A stretch of DNA of 64,000 nucleotides from Abditibacteriota bacterium (GTDB taxonomy: Bacteria; Armatimonadota; UBA5829), in NCBI GenBank assembly GCA_017552965.1, contig JAFZNQ010000117.1, positions 1,319 to 65,318 on the forward strand. The letters run 5' to 3'. The notes beneath the pieces are model-generated. The model did no database searches. It was not told the DNA's origin and saw only the letters and a program-made list of their open reading frames with translations. The position numbers and the translations under genes are program-made. Each line of letters opens with the position of its first letter. The stretch's first letter is position 1. Positions 57,528-64,000 of the stretch are shown in pieces.

Positions 57528-57944
57528 ATGACGGAAGAGCTCTTTTGCTATGACGGCAGGACGGTCCGGGTCACGGACCCGGACGGCTGCGCTGTCACCG
57601 GCGAGGCGGAGCATTTTTCCGCCGATTACGGCCTCCACGAATACGGCAGGGACGAAGAAGGTCTGCAGGTGGGGGAATACGTCTTTTTTGCCGGGGATAT
57701 AGAGGAGATAGAGCTGCTGCCCTCCTTTGAGGAGCTGTCGGCGGCGCTGCCTCCCGGGCGCTACAGGCACGACGACAGCCGCAGCCGCGCCGATCTGGGC
57801 GTTTGCCGGGTGCTGGGTATAGCCAGACACTCCGTGACCGGCGAGCCGCTGGTGGTGTGCATCGACGAGGCGGGAGACCTCACGGCTTCTCCCGGCAGCG
57901 AATGGCTGGACGGGGGGACGCTGCTCTGCGAAAAGGCGGACTGA
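57528..57944 (+). CDS. hypothetical acidic protein (138 aa)
   Basis: ORF only; weak RBS; no family recognised. Confidence 0.35.
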   Translation: MTEELFCYDGRTVRVTDPDGCAVTGEAEHFSADYGLHEYGRDEEGLQVGEYVFFAGDIEEIELLPSFEELSAALPPGRYRHDDSRSRADLGVCRVLGIARHSVTGEPLVVCIDEAGDLTASPGSEWLDGGTLLCEKAD

Positions 57945-57956
57945 ACACAAAACAAT

Positions 57957-57990
57957 GCGGGGCTTCACTCAGGTGAAGCCCCGCTCTTTT
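57957..57990. terminator. bidirectional rho-independent terminator
   Basis: gcggggcttcac-tcag-gtgaagccccgc followed by TCTTTT. Confidence 0.65.
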
Positions 57991-57998
57991 GGGCGTGT

Positions 57999-58922
57999 CT
58001 ATAGCTCTTTGCCTGTGAGCAGCCTGTAGCACTCTCTGTATTTCTCCGAGGCCACCTGCCGCACTTCTGCCGGCAGCTCCGGTCCCGGATATTCCTTGTT
58101 CCAGTCCAGGGTCTCCAGATAGTCCCGCACGTATTGCTTGTCATAGCTGGGCTGCCCCTGTCCCTTGCGGTAGAGGGAGGCGTCCCAGAAGCGGGAGGAG
58201 TCGGGGGTGAGCATCTCGTCTATGACTATGAGGCTGCCCTCATACATGCCGAACTCGAACTTGGTGTCGCAGATGATGACGCCTCTTTCGGCGGCGTAGT
58301 CCCGGGCTCTCTCGTATATGGCTATGCTGGCCTTTTTCAGGGCCTCGCCTATCTCCGGGCCCACTATGCGGCAGCATTCCTCATGGGTGATGTTCATATC
58401 GTGGCCTTCTGCCGCCTTGGTGGAGGGGGTGAAGCAGGGGGTGGGGAGCATCTCGGACTCCAGCAGCCCCGCGGGCACCTGTTCTCCGAAGAGGGTCACC
58501 TGTCCGCCGTCGGGGGTGAGGCTGCGGTATTCCTTCCAGGCGCTGCCTGCCAGATAGCCTCTCACTATGCATTCCACGGGCTGGGGCTGAGCCTTGACCG
58601 TGATGATGCTCCTGCCGTCCAGCATGTCTCTGCAGGCCTCGGGGTCCTCGGCTCCCGCCCGGCCTATCCTCTCGAGGATGTTGTCGATGTCGGCGGTGAT
58701 GATGTGGTTGGGGATGATATCCCGCATCATGTCGAACCAAAACAGGGATATCTGCGTCAGCACCTTGCCCTTGTCCTCTATGCCGCAGGGAAGGATGACG
58801 TCAAAGGCGGATATACGGTCGGTGGCTATCATCAGGAGACTGTCTCCCAGATCGTATATCTCTCTCACCTTGCCGGAGGAATGCTTCCGGAGCCCCTTTA
58901 TATCGCACTCAGTAACTGTCAT
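57999..58922 (-). CDS. purC: phosphoribosylaminoimidazole-succinocarboxamide synthase (SAICAR synthetase, long form)
   Basis: GKVREIYDLGDSLLMIATDRISAFDVIL and LIVIDEMLTPDSSRFW motifs; ATG start (MTVTEC) with GAGGTG RBS. Confidence 0.8.
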   Translation of the reverse strand: MTVTECDIKGLRKHSSGKVREIYDLGDSLLMIATDRISAFDVILPCGIEDKGKVLTQISLFWFDMMRDIIPNHIITADIDNILERIGRAGAEDPEACRDMLDGRSIITVKAQPQPVECIVRGYLAGSAWKEYRSLTPDGGQVTLFGEQVPAGLLESEMLPTPCFTPSTKAAEGHDMNITHEECCRIVGPEIGEALKKASIAIYERARDYAAERGVIICDTKFEFGMYEGSLIVIDEMLTPDSSRFWDASLYRKGQGQPSYDKQYVRDYLETLDWNKEYPGPELPAEVRQVASEKYRECYRLLTGKEL

Positions 58923-59048
58923 AAGATACACCTCGCTCTCTCTTTACTCTATTATTATAAGGCTTTTTCCCGCCTCTGTCAACACGGCCCTTTGCAACGG
59001 CCGCCGCTTTTGTAGTAAAATATAAGTGACAGAAAAAGGAGACAAGAC

Positions 59049-60146
59049 ATGTCAGACACCCATCACATGAAAGACTCTCTGGTCCGCATCTGCGGGCTGG
59101 TCAACGAATACGTCAGCAATTGCCCCTACATACTCAGCCACAGCCTTCCCGAGATCACCTCGGGCCTGCTGGCCTATCTCATGAGGCCCGGCAAGAAGGT
59201 GCGCCCCGCGGTGCTCATCTGGTCCTATCTGGCCTGCGGAGGCAGCCCGGAGCATCTGGACAGGGCGCTGCCCATAGCCTGCGGTCTGGAGCTGACCCAC
59301 ACCTGGACCCTGATCCACGACGACATCATAGACTGCGACCCCACCCGCAGGGGAGGGCCCAGCATGCACGTCATAGGGCAGCAGCTGGCCCGGGACCGCT
59401 TCGGTGTCCGGGAGCCGGCGGCGGCAGCCAAATACGGGGAGACCTACTCCATACTCATAGGCGACACCATGCACGCCATCTCCGTGGCCATGATGCTGGA
59501 CTCCGTCAAGGCGGGAGTCTCCCCCGACACGGCGGCGGAATGCGTCCGCTATCTCCAGGGGGAGACCATGAGGCTGCTCATAGAAGGGGAGCTGCTGGAC
59601 GTGAACTTTGAATACATGGAGCCCGAAGAGGTGGACTGTGACATGATCATCAGGATGATAGAGGGCAAGACCAGCTCTCTGCTCTCCTACAGCGCCCTGG
59701 CGGGAGCCATGCTGGGAGCCGATTCACCCGACACCGAAAGGCCTGCGGCCAGAGCTCTGAAGGAGTTTGCCTTCAGCTGCGGCACAGCCTTTCAGCTGAA
59801 GGACGACATACTGGGCCTCACCGCCGACGAGGCTCAGCTGGGCAAGCCCGTGGGCTCCGACCTGAGGGAGGGCAAGAAGACCTATCCCATATACCTGGCC
59901 CTCTCCCGGTTTGGCAGCAGGGAAAAGGCGGAGTTCCTCCGGGCCTACGGCAATCCCTCCGCTTCTCCGGAGGAGCTGCAGAGAGCCGCCGCCATGATAG
60001 AGGAGTGCGGCGCCCTGAGAGACACGGAGGAGCTGGCGGTGAGTCTGGTGGCCCGGGCGCGGCCTCTGCTCAGCGCCGTGGAGGACTCCCGCTACAAGGA
60101 ATATATACTGGAATGGGGCGACTACATGGTGAGCCGGGCCAAGTGA
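59049..60146 (+). CDS. polyprenyl (isoprenyl diphosphate) synthase family protein
   Basis: First DDxxD (LIHDDIIDCD) and second (F)QLKDDILG aspartate-rich motifs. Confidence 0.7.
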   Translation: MSDTHHMKDSLVRICGLVNEYVSNCPYILSHSLPEITSGLLAYLMRPGKKVRPAVLIWSYLACGGSPEHLDRALPIACGLELTHTWTLIHDDIIDCDPTRRGGPSMHVIGQQLARDRFGVREPAAAAKYGETYSILIGDTMHAISVAMMLDSVKAGVSPDTAAECVRYLQGETMRLLIEGELLDVNFEYMEPEEVDCDMIIRMIEGKTSSLLSYSALAGAMLGADSPDTERPAARALKEFAFSCGTAFQLKDDILGLTADEAQLGKPVGSDLREGKKTYPIYLALSRFGSREKAEFLRAYGNPSASPEELQRAAAMIEECGALRDTEELAVSLVARARPLLSAVEDSRYKEYILEWGDYMVSRAK

Positions 60147-60230
60147 CTCCGGCTTGACTTTTGGCCTATATAATATTATAATAATAGTGACAATAATCAG
60201 CAGCGCGCTGCTCAAATAGAGGTGTTTTTT

Positions 60231-61889
60231 ATGATACGTGAGATATCTGCGCTTCAGAAGGCGAGACAAGCCTACATCCCCAAGCTGCCCAAGGCCCTGG
60301 CCGGCGGCAAATTCAAGCTGTCTATCGGCTCTCCCTCCGAGCCCGCCCAGGACAAGGACGCCATCAAGGCTCTGTTCCCTGCCACCTACGGACAGCCCGT
60401 GGTGAGCTTTGTCGAGGGCAACGGCGAGGGCCTGACCGACAAGCCCATCAACGTGGCCGTGATCCTTTCGGGCGGACAGGCTCCCGGCGGACACAACGTC
60501 ATAGCCGGCGTGTTCGACGGCATCAAGAAGGCCAACCCCAACAGCAAGGTGTACGGCTTCCTGAAGGGCCCCGGCGGAGCCATCAACAACAACTATACGC
60601 AGCTCACGACCGAATTTGTGGACGCATACCGCAATACGGGCGGCTTTGACATGATCATGTCCGGCAGAGACAAGATCGAGACCCCCGAGCAGCTGGAGAG
60701 CTGCGAGGCGAACTTCAAGAAGCTGGGCCTCTCCTGCGTGATCATCATTGGCGGAGACGACTCCAACACCAACGCAGCCGTGCTGGCCGAATATATGAAG
60801 GCCAAGGACACCGGCGTCAAGGTCATCGGCGTGCCCAAGACCATCGACGGCGACATGAAGAATGACGAGATCGAGGCCTCCTTTGGCTTTGACACCGCCT
60901 GCAAGACCTACTCCGAGCTCATAGGCAACATAGAGAGAGACGCCAGCAGCGCCGTAAAATACTGGCACTTCATCAAGCTCATGGGCAGAGCCGCCAGCCA
61001 CGTGGCGCTGGAATGCGCGCTCCAGACCCAGCCCAATATCTGCCTCATCTCCGAGGAAGTCAAGGAAAAGAAGATCACCCTGTCCGAGATAGTCAACAGC
61101 ATCACCGACACCATAGTCCGCAGAGCCGAGGCCGGCAAGAACTACGGCGTCATCCTCATCCCCGAGGGTCTGCCCGAATTCATAGCGGACATCAAGACCA
61201 CCATTGACGAGATCAGCGACATACTGGGCATAGACGCCGCCGCTCTGGCGGACATGGACGCCGACGCCAAGGCCAAGCATATCACCGGCAAGCTGTCCGC
61301 CCACTCCGCAGAGGTGTTTTCCTCTCTGCCCGTTGCCGACAGACAGGTGCTCATGACCCGCGACAGCCACGGCAACGTGCCTCTCAGCCAGGTGGAGACG
61401 GAAAAGCTGCTGATCAGCCTGGTCTCCGACCGCATCAAGCAGCTGAAGGCCGAGGGCAAGGCCGACAAGGTCAAGTTCAAGGCGTTGGGCCACTTCCTGG
61501 GCTACGAAGGCCGCTGCGCCGCTCCTTCCAACTATGACGCCGATTATTGTTACAGCCTGGGCTACACCGCCGCTCAGATGGCCAGAGCCGGCCTCACCGG
61601 CTACACCGTAAAGGTGGCCAACACGGACCAGCCCGCCGACAAGTGGGTGGCCGGAGCCGTGCCCGTGACCAAGATGCTCAACATGGAGCAGCGGAAGGGC
61701 AAGCCCACCCCCGTGATCAAGAAGGCCCTGGTAGAGCTGGACGGCGCTCCCTTCAAGTTCTTTGCCGCCAACAGAGACCAGTGGGCAACGGAAGACTGCT
61801 ACGTATATCCCGGCGCCATCCAGTATTTCGGACCTGCCGAGGTGTGCGACCAGCCCACCAAGACCCTGACCCTTGAAAAGAAAGCCTGA
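60231..61889 (+). CDS. pfp: pyrophosphate--fructose-6-phosphate 1-phosphotransferase (PPi-PFK, long form)
   Basis: GGDDSNTNAA, PKTIDGD, MGR motifs of the PFK family; about 550 aa typical of PPi-dependent enzymes. Confidence 0.75.
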   Translation: MIREISALQKARQAYIPKLPKALAGGKFKLSIGSPSEPAQDKDAIKALFPATYGQPVVSFVEGNGEGLTDKPINVAVILSGGQAPGGHNVIAGVFDGIKKANPNSKVYGFLKGPGGAINNNYTQLTTEFVDAYRNTGGFDMIMSGRDKIETPEQLESCEANFKKLGLSCVIIIGGDDSNTNAAVLAEYMKAKDTGVKVIGVPKTIDGDMKNDEIEASFGFDTACKTYSELIGNIERDASSAVKYWHFIKLMGRAASHVALECALQTQPNICLISEEVKEKKITLSEIVNSITDTIVRRAEAGKNYGVILIPEGLPEFIADIKTTIDEISDILGIDAAALADMDADAKAKHITGKLSAHSAEVFSSLPVADRQVLMTRDSHGNVPLSQVETEKLLISLVSDRIKQLKAEGKADKVKFKALGHFLGYEGRCAAPSNYDADYCYSLGYTAAQMARAGLTGYTVKVANTDQPADKWVAGAVPVTKMLNMEQRKGKPTPVIKKALVELDGAPFKFFAANRDQWATEDCYVYPGAIQYFGPAEVCDQPTKTLTLEKKA

Positions 61890-61902
61890 CAGCAGGCAGC
61901 GT

Positions 61903-61930
61903 AAGGCTCCGGTTCACCGGAGCCTTTTGT
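61903..61930 (+). terminator. rho-independent terminator
   Basis: aaggctccgg-ttca-ccggagcctt followed by TTGT. Confidence 0.6.
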
Positions 61931-61944
61931 ATCTGAGGTAGTAT

Positions 61945-63279
61945 ATGAGAGAAAGGCTTTCCAGCCGTATCGGTTTTCTGATGCTCAGCGCCGGCAGCGC
62001 CATCGGCTGCGGCAACGTGTGGAAATTCCCCTGGCTCACGGGAGAAAACGGAGGCGGCCTCTTTGTGGCCGTGTATCTGCTGCTGGCGGCCCTGATAGGG
62101 CTTCCGGTGATGTGTATGGAGATATCTCTGGGGCGGGCCGCCCAGGCCAGCCCGGTGAAGATGTATGACAAGCTGCAGAAGCCGGGGCAGAAGTGGCATA
62201 TCCACGGGTACATGTGCCTCGCTGCCAACGTCATCGTGTCCGCATTTTACAGCGTGGTGTGCGGCTGGCTCACCTATTACTTCGTATGCTTTGCCTGGGG
62301 CAGGCACGAAGACCTGACCTTTGCGGGCATGATCAGCGACCCTGCGGTCAACACCATATATATGGCGGCCGTGGTAGCCATGACCTTTTTTATCCTGTCC
62401 TTTGACCTCAAGAGAGGTCTGGAGCGGGTAAGCAAGGCGCTGATGGTGGCTCTCTTTTTGCTCATGGGCTTTCTGGCCGTCAGATGCTCCATGTTCCCCG
62501 GAGCCATAGAGGGGCTGAAGTTTTATCTGGTGCCGGATATGAGCAAGCTGAGCTGGAGCATAGTTCCCGCTGCCGCCAACCAGGCCTTCTTTTCCCTGTC
62601 CGTGGGCTTTGGTATAGTGGCGCTGTTCGGCAGCTACATAGACAAGGGCAGGAGCATCCTGGGCGAAGCCGCCACCATCGTGGTGATGGATTCCCTGGCC
62701 GCCATTCTGGCTGGGCTCATAGTATTTCCCACCTGCTTTGCCACGGGAGTGGACGTGGGCGCCGGCCCGGGGCTCCTGTTTGACACCATGGCGGAGGCCT
62801 TCAGAAATATGGCGGGAGGCAGGATCATAGGCTCGCTGTTCTTCCTGTTCATGGTGTTTGCCGCCCTTACCAGCATGCTGTCCATCTGCGAGACCATCCT
62901 GGGCTGCGTCCGGGAGCTGACCGGCTGGGACAGACACAGGGGCAGCGTGGTGTGCGGCGTCGGAGTGGCTCTGCTGAGCCTCACCACCGCCCTTGGCTAC
63001 AGCCTGTGGCAGTTCCACCCCTTCGGCCCGGATTCCTCCTGGCTGGACCTGTGGGACTTCGCGGTCACCAATCTGCTGTTTCCTCTGGGCGCTCTGATCA
63101 TAGCCCTGTTCTGCACCAACGCACGGTTCGGCTGGGGCTGGGACAAGCTGTGCGAGGAAGCCAATTCCGGCAGGGGCATGAAGGTGAAGGGCTGGATGAA
63201 GCCCGTGTTTGCCTTTATAGCGCCGGTGTCCATATTCGTGCTGTTTGTCATAGGCATGCTGACCTTCAGCTGGCGCTGA
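61945..63279 (+). CDS. sodium-dependent transporter, neurotransmitter:sodium symporter (NSS/SNF) family
   Basis: N-terminal RIGFLMLSAGSAIGCGNVWKFPW signature; about 12 TM helices. Confidence 0.8.
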   Translation: MRERLSSRIGFLMLSAGSAIGCGNVWKFPWLTGENGGGLFVAVYLLLAALIGLPVMCMEISLGRAAQASPVKMYDKLQKPGQKWHIHGYMCLAANVIVSAFYSVVCGWLTYYFVCFAWGRHEDLTFAGMISDPAVNTIYMAAVVAMTFFILSFDLKRGLERVSKALMVALFLLMGFLAVRCSMFPGAIEGLKFYLVPDMSKLSWSIVPAAANQAFFSLSVGFGIVALFGSYIDKGRSILGEAATIVVMDSLAAILAGLIVFPTCFATGVDVGAGPGLLFDTMAEAFRNMAGGRIIGSLFFLFMVFAALTSMLSICETILGCVRELTGWDRHRGSVVCGVGVALLSLTTALGYSLWQFHPFGPDSSWLDLWDFAVTNLLFPLGALIIALFCTNARFGWGWDKLCEEANSGRGMKVKGWMKPVFAFIAPVSIFVLFVIGMLTFSWR

Positions 63280-63301
63280 CAGAAGTAAGGGAGAAAAGAT
63301 C

Positions 63302-64000
63302 ATGAAGCTGGGTATCATAGGGACGGGCAAGATAGCGCACGACGCCCTCTACGCTCTGGAGCCTCTGGAGGATATTGTCTGCGCCGCCATCTTCGCCAGG
63401 CCCCACAGCCGGGAAAAGGGGGAAGCCCTGGCCGGTCAGTACGGCATACCCCGGGTCTACACGGATTATGACGAGCTGCTCCGGGACGGGGACGTGGACA
63501 CGGTGTATATCGCCCTCATCAACAGCGTCCATTATGAATATGCCAAAAAGGCCCTGGCAGCGGGCAGGCACGTGATACTGGAAAAGCCCTTCACCGGGAC
63601 CTGCGGGGAGGCGGAGGAGCTGTTTTGCATGGCCGGGGACAGGGGGCTCTACGTGTTCGAGGCCATCACGGTGCTCCACAACGAAGTCCTGGAGAAGATG
63701 CGGGCATCTCTGCCACGGCTGGGCCGTATCAGGCTGATGATGGCGAATTTTTCGCAGTATTCCGGCCGGTACGACCGCTATCTCCGGGGGGACGTGGACC
63801 ACTATTTTTCACCGGAGCATCTGGGCGGCGCTCTGAGAGACATCAACGTGTACAACATACATTATGCCGCGGCACTGTTCGGAGCGCCCCGGAACAAGAG
63901 CTATTTTCCCAACCGGGGCTTCAACGGGGTGGACGTGTCCGGGGCGCTGGTCCTGGAGTATGACGGCTTTGTCTGCGTCCTGACGGCTGCCAAGGATTCG
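63302..64000 (+). CDS. Gfo/Idh/MocA family oxidoreductase (3' end beyond window)
   Basis: MKLGIIGTGKIAHDAL Rossmann N-terminus and EKP motif; RBS AAGGGAG. Confidence 0.65.
   Translation, partial: MKLGIIGTGKIAHDALYALEPLEDIVCAAIFARPHSREKGEALAGQYGIPRVYTDYDELLRDGDVDTVYIALINSVHYEYAKKALAAGRHVILEKPFTGTCGEAEELFCMAGDRGLYVFEAITVLHNEVLEKMRASLPRLGRIRLMMANFSQYSGRYDRYLRGDVDHYFSPEHLGGALRDINVYNIHYAAALFGAPRNKSYFPNRGFNGVDVSGALVLEYDGFVCVLTAAKDS

Overview
High-GC (about 60%) Firmicutes/Clostridia-like chromosomal segment, densely coding on both strands. Because of the GC content, nearly every real gene has a long spurious shadow ORF on the opposite strand. Housekeeping genes recognised from their translated sequences: thiD (3' end), tRNA-fMet, rpsA, pheS-pheT, dapB, a prmC-tsaC cluster, serA, gyrA (alone, TTG start), groES-groEL with a CIRCE operator, purC, a polyprenyl synthetase, PPi-phosphofructokinase and an NSS transporter. 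Accessory content is dominated by carbohydrate-active and envelope functions: a GH2 enzyme, two other glycoside hydrolases, two beta-helix proteins, a Wzx flippase, tandem SGNH esterases, a Big_2/GLUG surface protein, a GGDEF cyclase and an AAC(3)-family acetyltransferase. Several Gfo/Idh/MocA oxidoreductases are present. No CRISPR array, rRNA, transposase or integrase was found. Loci that deserve a second look: (1) a two-gene NERD-nuclease/SF1-helicase cassette (28537-32231) whose upstream paralog has lost both the nuclease and the ATPase motifs, a candidate defence or DNA-surveillance module; (2) an unusual single-polypeptide fusion of an MtrA-like (corrinoid-binding) domain with two tandem thymidylate-synthase-like domains, encoded by a roughly 90% identical 933-bp tandem duplication (2708-5065); (3) a tightly overlapping HIRAN / J-domain / Sel1-repeat three-gene operon beside the 3' end of tRNA-fMet (369-2389); (4) a conserved roughly 80-nt hairpin-CATAAT motif present three times, two copies sitting in diverged GC-rich non-coding blocks of 0.5-0.8 kb that flank the Big_2 surface-protein gene; (5) a Met/Gly/Pro-rich repetitive lipoprotein divergent from groESL. 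All functional calls are from reading the translations and sequence motifs. No database searches were run, and coordinates of motif boundaries may be off by a base or two.
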